Below, in pieces: positions 1 through 11,862 of a stretch of 64,000 nt of DNA; position 1 is the stretch's first letter; each line of letters starts with the position of its first letter. The notes below the pieces were generated by a model. That model did no database searches and had not been told where the DNA came from. It saw only the letters and a list, made by a program, of their open reading frames with translations. The position numbers and the translations under genes were made by a program. Source of the DNA: Longimicrobiales bacterium (GTDB lineage Bacteria > Gemmatimonadota > Gemmatimonadetes > Longimicrobiales > Gaopeijiaceae); the NCBI GenBank assembly GCA_963664435.2, contig CAXXKM010000001.1, positions 160,001-224,000 of the forward strand, in the 5' to 3' direction.

Positions 1-2311
<2,311 letters not shown>

Positions 2312-2319
<8 letters not shown>

Positions 2320-2434
2320 GTTCGGCTTCTGACTTCTCCGATTCCGTGCGCACGGCCTTGGAGAGCACCAGGGCGAAGCCGCCCCAAACGAACGCGCCGA
2401 TCACGATCATCGTGACCCAGGTAGCCGTCGTCAA
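2312..2434 (-). CDS. Small single-TM protein, MetS-like NSS transporter small subunit (40 aa)
   Basis: TTG2434 to TAA2312 gives [40 protein letters not shown]: a hydrophobic helix with a WGG motif and a charged tail. Overlaps the carB start by 8 nt. Confidence 0.7.
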
Positions 2435-2620
2435 AGAGTGGGCTCCAGCGAGGGGTTGGGTGAGATCAGTTTCCGTAAACTGACCGCGCCCCGACCCGGA
2501 AGCAACCCGGGGCCGACCGACCGCCGCGGGCTGAACACGGCTGGGATGAGCGTGGCGAGGTCGACGGGCGCGCGGCCGGTTTGCAACACAGCCGCCGGAG
2601 CCCGGGCGCTCGCATTCCAG

Positions 2621-3220
2621 TTACCGGCCTCGAGCCCTCGCCCGCCGGCGCGCCGCCAGGTCCTCTCCCCGCACCTCCAGCACGTCGGCGACCGCCCTCA
2701 TGCCGTCGATGACGTTCTGGATGTGCTCGGGCCGCGGAATCCCGATGAGCTCGACCCCGCGCGCGACCTCGCCACGGTGCACCCCGGCGGCGAAGGACTT
2801 GTCCCTGAGCTTCTTCGCCACCGACTTGGGCTTGAGGTCGTCGATGCCGTTGGGCCGCACCAGGCAGCAGGCGTAGACCAGTCCGCTCAGCTCGTCGCAG
2901 GCGCACAGAACCTTGTCGAGGTCGGTCTCCGGCGGGACATCCGTCAGGTCCGGGTACCCGTGCGCCAGCACGGCGCGGATGACTTCCTCCGGGTAGCCGT
3001 CCTCCCGCAGGCGCGCGACCCCGCGATGCGGGTGCTCGTCCGGGTGCTTCTCCCAGTCCAGGTCGTGCAGGAGGCCGGCCAGGCCCCAGATCTCCTCATC
3101 GGCTCCGTACTTGCGGGCGTAGAAGCGCACGGCGGCCTCGACCGCGTACATGTGCTTCCTGAGCCCCACGTTGTCGACCCATTCGTGCAGCAGTGCTACC
3201 GCGTCGTCGCGGGTGGGCAT
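2621..3220 (-). CDS. HD/HDIG-domain metal-dependent phosphohydrolase
   Basis: Motifs LRKHMYAVEA, GLLHDLDWE, HPHRG, LAHG, CDELSG. Confidence 0.88.
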   Translation of the reverse strand: MPTRDDAVALLHEWVDNVGLRKHMYAVEAAVRFYARKYGADEEIWGLAGLLHDLDWEKHPDEHPHRGVARLREDGYPEEVIRAVLAHGYPDLTDVPPETDLDKVLCACDELSGLVYACCLVRPNGIDDLKPKSVAKKLRDKSFAAGVHRGEVARGVELIGIPRPEHIQNVIDGMRAVADVLEVRGEDLAARRRARARGR

Positions 3221-3326
3221 GGGCGTCGTCCTCGATTGGGGAATTGGGTGGTCGGAGACACGGTTGATCGCGCGCGGCCGGCCGATCCCTCCGATGCGCC
3301 GGACCCGGGCCGGTTAACGGTCTGAT

Positions 3327-3974
3327 TCAGACGCTCGAAGAAGGGCACAGGCGCGACAGCGCGCACTCCTCGCAGCGGGGCTTGCGGGCCGCGCACACCT
3401 GGCGCCCGTGGAAGATCAGGAGATGGGCGAGCAGTGTCCAGCGCTCGCGGGGGAAGAGCTTCATCAGGTCGCGTTCGATGGGCACGGGACTCGGGTGGCG
3501 GGTGAAGCTCATGCGGTTTGCCAGACGCTTCACGTGCGTGTCCACGACCACCCCCTCGTCGATGCCGAAGGCGTTGCCGAGAATGACGTTGGCCGTCTTG
3601 CGCCCGATGCCCGGGAGCGCGACCAGCTCATCCATGGTGCGCGGCAGCTCGTTTCCGTGCTGCTCGGCCACCACGGTGGCCATGCCGATCAGGTTCTTCG
3701 CCTTGTTGCGGAAGAAGCCCGTGGAGTGGATGAGCTCCTCCACGTCGCTCTGGCGCGCCCCGGCCAGATCCTCGGCCTCCGGATAGCGCTCGAACAGGGC
3801 GGGCGTGACCATGTTCACCCGCTCGTCGGTGCACTGCGCGGAGAGGATGGTCGCGACCGCGAGCTCGTAGGGGTTGCGGTGGTGGAGGGCGCAGTGGGCG
3901 TCCGGGTAGCACTCGACGAGCAACTCGTAGATGCGCGCCGCCCGCTCCTTTCTGGCCTTCACCGACTCTCTCAT
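3327..3974 (-). CDS. nth: Endonuclease III
   Basis: LSAQCTD, HhH motif LPGIGRKTAN, VDTHV, 4Fe-4S motif CAARKPRCEECALSRLC. Confidence 0.97.
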   Translation of the reverse strand: MRESVKARKERAARIYELLVECYPDAHCALHHRNPYELAVATILSAQCTDERVNMVTPALFERYPEAEDLAGARQSDVEELIHSTGFFRNKAKNLIGMATVVAEQHGNELPRTMDELVALPGIGRKTANVILGNAFGIDEGVVVDTHVKRLANRMSFTRHPSPVPIERDLMKLFPRERWTLLAHLLIFHGRQVCAARKPRCEECALSRLCPSSSV

Positions 3975-4813
3975 CGTGCCTCCGCGGTCGTGATCCGCCG
4001 CCAGGGCAAGGTGCTGGCGAGCGGGGCGCTACTGGACGCGCCCGGCTCCATGGCCGCCTCCGGCGCCCTGGTCCCCGCTTCCCCACCCCTGGTTGGAGCG
4101 CCGGCTCGCAGCAACCCCTGTTCCAGCTGCCGGAAGAGGCGCCCCGCGAGCTTGACCACTTCCCCGAGCGTCTCGATCGAGCACAGCTCCTCGCCGCCCG
4201 GCAAGGTACTCGCGAAGTCGTCGCCGTGCCGGCGCACGGTCGCGGCAGCCCACTCGCTCGCCTCCTCCCCGGAGATCTCCGGCACGGGCATCACCCCGAG
4301 TCCGGGACGGTCCGCCCGCATCCCGCTCGCAAGCATGAGGTGCAGGCGTTGGGCGGGGGTCAGCACCCAGAAGAAGCCGTCGAGCGACTCGGCGGGGCCT
4401 CCGGCCTCGGGCCGCGCCCAGAACAGGTACCGCGGCAGCTGCACGTAGCCGGCCCGGGAAGGCGCCGCGAAGGTCCAGTCCGCCGGCCCGGAGTCCAGGC
4501 CGGCGCGTGTCACCTGGTGGGCGGCCTCGGTGCCAAGCAGGTACAGGGGCTCTCCGGCGCTCCAGAAATGGAAGGCATGAAAGAGGATGACGCCATATTG
4601 CACGAAGAGGACGGGATTCTCGTCCTCGGTGCGGATATCGGCGATCGTGCGCCCGGCCTGCTCGAGCATGCTGAAGGCGCCCGGGTCCCAGATATCCGCG
4701 TCCCGTCGCTCCGCCTCTTCCCGGATCAGCTCGAAGCGCTCCTCCGCGAAGGGGCGGCCCGGGAGAGCCATCTCGTACGGCGTGACGCGGGCGTACAGGT
4801 CGTGGATCCTCAT
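3971..4813 (-). CDS. Hypothetical protein
   Basis: 280-aa ORF with ATGA overlaps to both neighbours and protein-like composition; no family recognised. Confidence 0.75.
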   Translation of the reverse strand: MRIHDLYARVTPYEMALPGRPFAEERFELIREEAERRDADIWDPGAFSMLEQAGRTIADIRTEDENPVLFVQYGVILFHAFHFWSAGEPLYLLGTEAAHQVTRAGLDSGPADWTFAAPSRAGYVQLPRYLFWARPEAGGPAESLDGFFWVLTPAQRLHLMLASGMRADRPGLGVMPVPEISGEEASEWAAATVRRHGDDFASTLPGGEELCSIETLGEVVKLAGRLFRQLEQGLLRAGAPTRGGEAGTRAPEAAMEPGASSSAPLASTLPWRRITTAEAR

Positions 4814-5634
4814 CGCGGTCTGCCGGACTCTCCGGGCTCCGGCCGCACCGGGTTCGCGCCGCGCGCCCGGAGGTCTTCAACCCTCTTCGCCCGGCCCGGA
4901 TCGTGCGCGGCATCGGCGCCCTCCACCCGGCGCGCGAGCGCCTCCGACTCCCAGAGTTCCTCCGCCGGCCGCTTCATGAACGCCTCCCACCATCGCCGCT
5001 TGCGCACCAGCACCAGCTGGAGTTCGCCCGGTCCGGCGTCGACGCCGTCGATCCAGATGAAGTGGGCATCCCCCAGACGCTCGGGCGCATCGACGCGAAA
5101 ACCCTCGCCCCGCCACTGGAAATGCACCTCGCCGGCCCGCGCGAGCCGCTCCGCGGTCCACTCCTGCTCGATGAAGAAATCGGTCTCAACGCGGAACACC
5201 CGGGGCGCGATCTCATCCCCGGACTGATAGTAGCAGGGGTCGAAGTCGAGCCCCTCGCTCCGCTTGAACGACTCCTCCATGGCGTAGTCGACCCCGCCGA
5301 GTTCATCCTGGTCCGCGAGCGACTCGAGGTGGTGACGAACCTCGTGGGTGAGCGTTTCCCACAACTCGCCCTCCCAGTCGAAACCGGGATCGAGCCGCGA
5401 CAGCTCGCGGAAGGAGCCGTAGTACAGGGCGACGACCGAGCGCGTGGTCTCGGGCCCCTGCCAGTCCGACGGATACGACTCCGTCGAGCACATGCCCAGT
5501 GTGTAGATGTCCGGGAATACCGGATGCGGAAGCGCCTCATGGCGGACCGAGAGCCCGTCCAACCCGCTCGTGTACTCCTCCGGGATCTCGCGAAAGGCGC
5601 GCCGCGCGGCCCTTTCGAACTCGCGAAACCTCAT
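4810..5634 (-). CDS. Zincin-like metallopeptidase with C-terminal extension
   Basis: HExxH motif in ETLTHEVRHHLE; N-terminus resembles minimal zincins (FERAARRAFREIPEEY). Confidence 0.8.
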   Translation of the reverse strand: MRFREFERAARRAFREIPEEYTSGLDGLSVRHEALPHPVFPDIYTLGMCSTESYPSDWQGPETTRSVVALYYGSFRELSRLDPGFDWEGELWETLTHEVRHHLESLADQDELGGVDYAMEESFKRSEGLDFDPCYYQSGDEIAPRVFRVETDFFIEQEWTAERLARAGEVHFQWRGEGFRVDAPERLGDAHFIWIDGVDAGPGELQLVLVRKRRWWEAFMKRPAEELWESEALARRVEGADAAHDPGRAKRVEDLRARGANPVRPEPGESGRPR

Positions 5635-5682
5635 TCCCCTGCCGTGCCCGGACGATCATCGGCGCTGCCCGACGTCAAGACG

Positions 5683-7140
5683 TCAACCGGACGAGCCGCC
5701 GCTCCCGCCCACGGTCGCCCGTGTGATCCTCCTGTTGAGCATCCAGAGAATGAGAATCACGACCGCCGCCTGGATGACCACGCTCCCCACGTTATACGGG
5801 CTGAACAGCGTCCAGGTCTCCGCGAAGCTCGCCCCCCGGGCGCTCCAGAGGAACCACACCATGAGCACGACGGCCTCGACGATCACGAGCCGGATCGCCC
5901 AGTCCCACCAGGCTCCGATGCGGATGTCGGAATCAACCGTGTTGATGAACTTGCGGCGCCACTCGGTCACGCCGTAGCGCAGCACGGCGAAGGCGAAGAA
6001 GAAGCCCGAGAGCATGAGCCCCACGCCCCAGACCCAGTCCTGGTTATGGAAGAAGTCCATGTTGAGCGCGCTCGGGATTCCGCACACCAGCGCCGCGATG
6101 CCGACGATGCCCACTGCGCGCTTGCGTTCGATCCCCGCGTCGCGCAGGACGCGGCTGGCGAGCTCGATCATGGCCACCAGGCTCGTCCACGCCGCGAAGA
6201 CCAGCGCCATGAAGAAGAGGATCATGAAGAACTGGCCGCCGGGCATGCGCGCGAAGAGCTGCGGCACCCAGATGAAGGTGATGCCCTCGTTCCCTGCCCC
6301 GACGATCTGGCTGGCCGCGTCCGGCATCACCGAAAAGACCGTGCACAGCACCATGATGCCCGCGAGCAGCGACATCGAATTGTTGCCGAAGCCGATGACG
6401 AACGCGTTCAGCGCGGTGTCTTCCCGTTTTCGCATGTAGATGGCGTAGGTGAGCACGAGACCCCACCCCGCGCCCGTATCCCACGCGTTCTGGGTCAGCG
6501 CCTCGAGCCAGATGCGGTAGTCGCCCAGCTCGCTGAAGTTCGGGGTGAAGAGGAACGCGAGGCCGGCCGAGGCGCCCGGCAGCGTCACGGCCCGGATGGC
6601 GAGCACGACCACCAGGATGATGAGGCTGGGGATCAGGAAGCGGGCGGCGGTCTCGATGCCCTTCACTCCCCTGGACACCACGAAAACCCCCATGCCCAGC
6701 GCGATGGCGTGCGTAATCATCGCCGAGGGCGTGGCGGCGAAGGAGTTCCAGAAGGCGTCGGGCACTTCGGTGGGGATCTCGCGGGTGATCGAGGCCCACA
6801 GAAAGCGGAGCGTCCAGCCCATGACCACGCTGTAGTAGAACATGATCGCGGTCGCGACCCAGGCGACCCAGGCGCCCATCCAGCCGAATTTCGGCCCCAG
6901 AGTGGCGGCGAACGCCCCGATCGGGCCCTTGCGCACGCTCTTCCCCATCCCGAACTCGAGGATGAGGAGCGGCACCGACCAGAGGAGCAGGAAGCACACC
7001 CAGGCCACCAGGAAGTTGCCGCCCCCGTTGGAGGCCGCGATGCGCGGGAAGCGCCAGATGTTTCCGGTGCCCACCGCCATCCCCAGCATCGCCAGCAGCA
7101 TGCCCCAGCGCGAGCTGAAAACCTCTGACCTGGATGCCAT
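5683..7140 (-). CDS. Sodium-dependent transporter, neurotransmitter:sodium symporter (NSS) family
   Basis: FSSRWG..LAMLGMAVGTGNIWRFP and NGGG.F motifs; about 12 hydrophobic segments. Confidence 0.93.
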   Translation of the reverse strand: MASRSEVFSSRWGMLLAMLGMAVGTGNIWRFPRIAASNGGGNFLVAWVCFLLLWSVPLLILEFGMGKSVRKGPIGAFAATLGPKFGWMGAWVAWVATAIMFYYSVVMGWTLRFLWASITREIPTEVPDAFWNSFAATPSAMITHAIALGMGVFVVSRGVKGIETAARFLIPSLIILVVVLAIRAVTLPGASAGLAFLFTPNFSELGDYRIWLEALTQNAWDTGAGWGLVLTYAIYMRKREDTALNAFVIGFGNNSMSLLAGIMVLCTVFSVMPDAASQIVGAGNEGITFIWVPQLFARMPGGQFFMILFFMALVFAAWTSLVAMIELASRVLRDAGIERKRAVGIVGIAALVCGIPSALNMDFFHNQDWVWGVGLMLSGFFFAFAVLRYGVTEWRRKFINTVDSDIRIGAWWDWAIRLVIVEAVVLMVWFLWSARGASFAETWTLFSPYNVGSVVIQAAVVILILWMLNRRITRATVGGSGGSSG

Positions 7141-7198
7141 CCCGCCTTCTCCCGTGTTCGGTTGCCTGCCGTTCTCCGTGCCCGGGACGCCCGGCGAC

Positions 7199-8536
7199 TC
7201 AGCGCGCGAGCCGTTCCCGCAGGTAGTCTATCACGCCGTCCGCGTTCACGCGCACCTGCTCCAGGGTGTCGCGGTCGCGCACGGTGACCGTCCCGTCCTC
7301 GTTGGTCCGGCCGTCCACGGTGACGCACCAGGGGGTGCCCGCCTCGTCCTGGCGGCGGTAGCGGCGTCCGATGGATCCGGCCGCGTCGTAGAAGCTGGGA
7401 ACGGCCGCGGCCTTGAAGGCGTCGTGCAGCCGGGTCGCGATCTCCGGCATGCCGTCCTTGCGCACCAGCGGGAAGATCGCCGCCTTCACCGGCGCCAGCC
7501 GCGGATGGATGCCGAGCACCGTGCGCCGCTGGCGCCCCACCTCCTGCTCGTAATACGCATCCGAGAGCACCATGAGCAGCATGCGGTCGACCCCCGCCGC
7601 GGTCTCGATGACGTAGGGGATGTAGCGGCCCCCGCCCCCGGGCTCCACGTAGCGCATCTTCTTGCCCGAGTACTGCTGGTGCCGGGAGAGGTCGAAGTCG
7701 GTGCGGTTGTGGATGCCCTCCAGCTCCTTCCAGCCGATGGGAAACTCGTACTGGATGTCCACGGCCCGCTTCGCATAGTGCGCCAGTTCGTCGGGTCCGT
7801 GCTCGCTGAAGCGGAGCGAATCGGCCCGGATGCCCAGCGTCCCGGTGTGGAACTCCATGCGCGCGTCGCGCCAGTGCTCGAACCACTCCTCGTCGGTCCC
7901 CGGGGTGACGAAGAACTGCATCTCGGCCTGCTCGAACTCGCGCGTGCGGAAAATGAAGTTCCCGGGCGTGATCTCGTTCCGGAACGCCTTCCCGATCTGG
8001 GCCACGCCGAAGGGCACCTTCTGCCGCGCGGTGGTCTGCACGTTGAGGAAGTTGACGTAGGAGCCCTGCGCGGTCTCGGGACGCAGATAGACGGTCGCCG
8101 CAGCCTCCTCCACGGGCCCCATGAAGGTCTTGAACATGAGGTTGAAGAGCCTCGGCTCCCCGATCTCGCAGGCCTTGAAGGCCCCCGGAGCCTTGCTCGG
8201 CTTCCGGCCGCAGCGGGCGCCCTCCATTTCGTCGGCGCGAAAACGCTTCTTGCAGGTCTTGCACTCGACCAGCGGATCCGTGAAGCCGTCGACGTGGCCC
8301 GACGCCTCCCACACGCGCGGATGCATGAGAATGGCCGCGTCGACGCCCTCGACGTCGTCGCGCTGATGCACCATCGCGCTCCACCAGGCCTCCTTGATGT
8401 TGCGCTTGAGTTCGATGCCCAGCGGTCCGTAGTCCCACACCGATCCGGTGCCGCCGTAGATCTCCGAAGACTGGAAGACGTACCCGCGACGCTTGGTCAG
8501 CGAGACGAGCTTGTCCATGCTATCCAGTTGAGGCAT
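7199..8536 (-). CDS. glyQS: Glycine--tRNA ligase, homodimeric (alpha2) type
   Basis: SSEIYGG, YLRPETAQG, FRNEITPGNFIFRTREFEQ, ELEGIHNRTDFDL, GSIGRRYRRQDE.GTP. Confidence 0.97.
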   Translation of the reverse strand: MPQLDSMDKLVSLTKRRGYVFQSSEIYGGTGSVWDYGPLGIELKRNIKEAWWSAMVHQRDDVEGVDAAILMHPRVWEASGHVDGFTDPLVECKTCKKRFRADEMEGARCGRKPSKAPGAFKACEIGEPRLFNLMFKTFMGPVEEAAATVYLRPETAQGSYVNFLNVQTTARQKVPFGVAQIGKAFRNEITPGNFIFRTREFEQAEMQFFVTPGTDEEWFEHWRDARMEFHTGTLGIRADSLRFSEHGPDELAHYAKRAVDIQYEFPIGWKELEGIHNRTDFDLSRHQQYSGKKMRYVEPGGGGRYIPYVIETAAGVDRMLLMVLSDAYYEQEVGRQRRTVLGIHPRLAPVKAAIFPLVRKDGMPEIATRLHDAFKAAAVPSFYDAAGSIGRRYRRQDEAGTPWCVTVDGRTNEDGTVTVRDRDTLEQVRVNADGVIDYLRERLAR

Positions 8537-8852
8537 AGTGTATTGTACCTCTTTGATTCATGTTACATATGAACTCGGGGCCGCGTCGCCGTGCCAGCCT
8601 TCTTCCGGAGAACCGGGCGAGATCCGGGTTTTCTGCTGAGAGCCGACCTGGGGACCGGGCCGGAATATCGGCAAGGCGCGGCGGACCAGCAACCAGCGGG
8701 ACTGTTGCTTCCATCCGACGCCGAGCCATATTTCCTGGTTGACCGCTGATGCCCAAACACGCCGAACCGGCGCGGGCCTCGCCGGAATGCGGGGGCGGTC
8801 TCACCCGGGGGAACACGGAGCCGCAAGGCCCTTCACGCAAGGACGCTGATCG

Positions 8853-9434
8853 ATGTTGACCTTTACGGACAAAGCCCGCGAGATGGTGCTCTCCTTCATG
8901 GGAGACGAGCCCGACGGAGAGCAGGCCCTGCGGGTGAAGATGGACGGGAGCCCCTTCGCGCCCAGCTTCGAGCTGACGCTGGTCGGAAACGCAGACCGCG
9001 CCGACGACGACGTCGCCATGGACGGAGGCGGGTTCACCGTGTTCGTCGACGGCGCCAGCGCGCCCAGACTGAAGGGCGCCACGGTCGACTTCATCGACGA
9101 ACTGAACCAGAGCGGGTTCGAGGTCAAGACGTCGCCGGATGCCGACGGCCGCGGCGCCGGTGGTCCCACGGGCCCGATCGCCGAGCGCGTCACCGACCTT
9201 CTGAATCGTCAGGTCAACCCGTCGATCGCGGCCCATGGCGGTGAGATCCGTCTGGTCGACGTTCAGGACACCGAGATCTACCTGGAGATGATGGGGGGCT
9301 GTCAGGGCTGCGCCATGTCCCGGCTTACCCTGCGCCAGGGCGTGGAGAAGATGATTCACCAGTCCATTCCAGAGGTGACCGCGATCCACGACATCACCGA
9401 CCACCAGGCGGGCGAGAACCCCTTCTTCTCGTAG
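8853..9434 (+). CDS. nfuA: NfuA-like Fe-S biogenesis protein (degenerate HesB domain + NifU C-terminal domain)
   Basis: N-terminal A-type-like domain; C-terminal VNPSIAAHGG and GGCQGC motifs, ending GENPFF. Confidence 0.9.
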   Translation: MLTFTDKAREMVLSFMGDEPDGEQALRVKMDGSPFAPSFELTLVGNADRADDDVAMDGGGFTVFVDGASAPRLKGATVDFIDELNQSGFEVKTSPDADGRGAGGPTGPIAERVTDLLNRQVNPSIAAHGGEIRLVDVQDTEIYLEMMGGCQGCAMSRLTLRQGVEKMIHQSIPEVTAIHDITDHQAGENPFFS

Positions 9435-9442
9435 AAGCACCC

Positions 9443-11026
9443 ATGTCACCGGGTTCCGCGCGATCGTGCGCCGGTCGCCGCAGCCTGTCCGCGCTGCTGC
9501 TGGCCGCCTCGGTCACCCTTCTGTTCGCATGCGCGGACGATTCCCGGGGGCCGGAGCGGCTCCGCTTCGCGGTCGCGGCCTTCCAGCACGAGACCTGCAC
9601 CTTCTGCCCCGGCGGCGACACGGAAATCGAGGACTGGCTGCGCGTCAGCGAGCCGGTCTCGGGCGAGGCCCTGCTCGGGTCGGGGGACTATGTGGGCGGC
9701 TTTGCCCAGCGGGCGCGCGAGTTCGGGGATGTCGAGCTCGTGGCGCTCTCCTCTCCGCTCGGGGTGTTCGGCGGGTCGTCGCGCAGCTGGAACACGAAAG
9801 CGACCTTCGACCACTTCGTGGACATCATGCTGGCCGAGTTGCGGGACCAGCTTCCCGTTGACGCGGTCTACCTCGCGCTGCACGGCGCCATGGCGGTGCG
9901 CGACGTGCCCCGCCCCGAGGCGGAGATCGCGCGGCGTTTCCGGGAAGTGGTCGGGCCCGACGTCCCCATCGCGGGCACTTTCGACCTGCACGGTAACGAG
10001 GACGGCGAGTTCCTGGAGCACGCCGACTTCGCTTTCGTCACCAAGCGCTTCCCTCACTACGACGCCTACATCCAGGGGGAACGGGCGGCGCGCGCGCTGA
10101 GGCTGGCGGCGCGGGGCGAGTACCAGGCCACCACCGCGACCCGCAAGCCGGGGATCATCACCGCCACCGTTCTTCAGTGGACCGGCCAGTCGCCCTCCAT
10201 GGACATCATGGAGCGAGCCCGACGGTGGGAGTCGCGCGAGGATGACGCTTACGTGTCGGTCTTCTTCGGATTCCCGTGGTCGGACGTACCCGACGTGGGC
10301 GCCACCGTGCACGTCATGACCAACGGCGACCAGGCGCTTGCGGACGAGATCGCCGACGACATGGACGACTTCATCTGGCGGGTGCGGGAGGACTTCGCGC
10401 TGGGCGGGTATCCCGGCCCCGAGGAGGCGGCGGCGATCGTGGCGGACGCGATCGCGCAGGGCGAGGTGCCGGTGGCGGTGGGTGACTACAGTGACCGGCC
10501 GGGCGACGCGACCCACATCCTGAAGGCCTTCGAGGCCGCCGGGATCGGCAGGGTGCTCTACGGCACCATCACTTCGCCCGCGGCCCTCGAGGCGCTGGCG
10601 GAATCCGGCGCACAGGCCGGCGACGCTTTCGACATGGAGATCGGCGGGTTCACGCCATCAGGGGGCACGCCCCATCGTATTACGGGCGTAATACAGTACC
10701 TGGGGGCGGGCTTCAGCTACGATCTGATCGCCGCGGTCTCATTCGGGGACGGCAACCTGGTCTTCCTCACCCCGGCGTACGAACAGGTGCTCTACCCGGA
10801 CGACTTCCGCTACGGCGACATCGACCCGGCCGACTACGAGGTGTTCGTCGTGAAGTCGCGGGTGCACTTCCGCCGCGGCTTCGACGAGACCGGCTACGCG
10901 CCCACCATCGTGCTGGTACAGGCGCCGGAGCCCTTCGTGGGAACGACCTTCCTGGACGCGCTCCCTTACGAGCACGTCGACCTGAGCGGGCTGTATCCCT
11001 ACGGAGTGCCGGCCAACCGCAGGTAA
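9443..11026 (+). CDS. MlrC/M81 family metallopeptidase, probable lipoprotein
   Basis: HETCTF, LALHGAM, FDLHGN, FPHYD, VVKSRVHFR; lipobox LFAC. Confidence 0.88.
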   Translation: MSPGSARSCAGRRSLSALLLAASVTLLFACADDSRGPERLRFAVAAFQHETCTFCPGGDTEIEDWLRVSEPVSGEALLGSGDYVGGFAQRAREFGDVELVALSSPLGVFGGSSRSWNTKATFDHFVDIMLAELRDQLPVDAVYLALHGAMAVRDVPRPEAEIARRFREVVGPDVPIAGTFDLHGNEDGEFLEHADFAFVTKRFPHYDAYIQGERAARALRLAARGEYQATTATRKPGIITATVLQWTGQSPSMDIMERARRWESREDDAYVSVFFGFPWSDVPDVGATVHVMTNGDQALADEIADDMDDFIWRVREDFALGGYPGPEEAAAIVADAIAQGEVPVAVGDYSDRPGDATHILKAFEAAGIGRVLYGTITSPAALEALAESGAQAGDAFDMEIGGFTPSGGTPHRITGVIQYLGAGFSYDLIAAVSFGDGNLVFLTPAYEQVLYPDDFRYGDIDPADYEVFVVKSRVHFRRGFDETGYAPTIVLVQAPEPFVGTTFLDALPYEHVDLSGLYPYGVPANRR

Positions 11027-11028
11027 GC

Positions 11029-11100
11029 ACAGCCCCGCGGGATTGTAGCTCGGCGGCTCGACCTACAGCCCCGCGGGATCGTAGCTCAGCGGCTCGACCT
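11029..11100. repeat. Tandem 36-bp duplication (2 mismatches) of the 3' end of the PPTase gene
   Basis: ACAGCCCCGCGGGATTGTAGCTCGGCGGCTCGACCT (11029-11064) followed by ACAGCCCCGCGGGATCGTAGCTCAGCGGCTCGACCT (11065-11100). Confidence 0.9.
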
Positions 11101-11779
11101 CCACCCCGGCCTGGTCCATGGCCAGCGCGGCCTCGGCGCCTTCCGCGCACCGCACGCCCCCGATGTGCCATTGGACGGGATCTTCCGGAAGGTCTTCGAC
11201 GTGCAGTAGCCCATGTGCCGCGCCCGGAGTCGGGTCCACCGAGAACGACCTGAGCGGGTGCGTGAGCCCCACGCCCAGCGCCTTCAGAAACGCCTCCTTG
11301 CGCGTCCAGAAGCGGAAGAAGAGGCGCCGCCGCTCGTTCGCGGGGGCAGCGTGCAGCCGGGCCGCCTCGTCCGGGGCGAAGTTCTTGTCGGCGATGCCGA
11401 GCATGAGACGCACCTGCCGCATCTCCTCGATGTCCACCCCGAGGCGACCCGAAGCCGCCACCCCGATCATGAGCCGGTCCTCGGAGTGCGACTGGTTGAA
11501 GGACGGTCCACCGGGCAGCCAGGGTTTCCCCTTCTCCTCGTAGTGGAAGCGGATGTCCTCCGGGCGCGTGTCCGTCAGCTGTCCCAGAACGCGGCGCAGG
11601 TGCCCTTGGGCGACGGTGTAGCGACGGCGGTGGCGGTCGTAGGCGAAGCGGTCGGCGCGCTTGCGCTCGCCCGCCGAGAGCAGCTTCCGGGCCGCGGCCG
11701 TGACCCGTGCAGGGACATCCAGCCGGCCTTCCCAGATGTATACGATGCCGGGCCGGAGTCGGGGAGGTTCGAGGCTCAT
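11063..11779 (-). CDS. Sfp-type 4'-phosphopantetheinyl transferase
   Basis: KGKP, FNQSHS, LGVDIE, FWTRKEAFLKALG.GL motifs. Start could alternatively be 11806/11809. Confidence 0.92.
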   Translation of the reverse strand: MSLEPPRLRPGIVYIWEGRLDVPARVTAAARKLLSAGERKRADRFAYDRHRRRYTVAQGHLRRVLGQLTDTRPEDIRFHYEEKGKPWLPGGPSFNQSHSEDRLMIGVAASGRLGVDIEEMRQVRLMLGIADKNFAPDEAARLHAAPANERRRLFFRFWTRKEAFLKALGVGLTHPLRSFSVDPTPGAAHGLLHVEDLPEDPVQWHIGGVRCAEGAEAALAMDQAGVEVEPLSYDPAGL

Positions 11780-11862
11780 CTGTGTTGTCCTGACGGGGAT
11801 GCGCATCAAGAATAGACGACGCCGGCAGATATTGTTACATCCGCGCTCAAGGAGCCACCCCG

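Noticed and set aside
11029..11100. 36-bp repeats as a CRISPR array
   Set aside because: Only two directly adjacent copies, no spacer, no cas genes, and the repeat is coding sequence.
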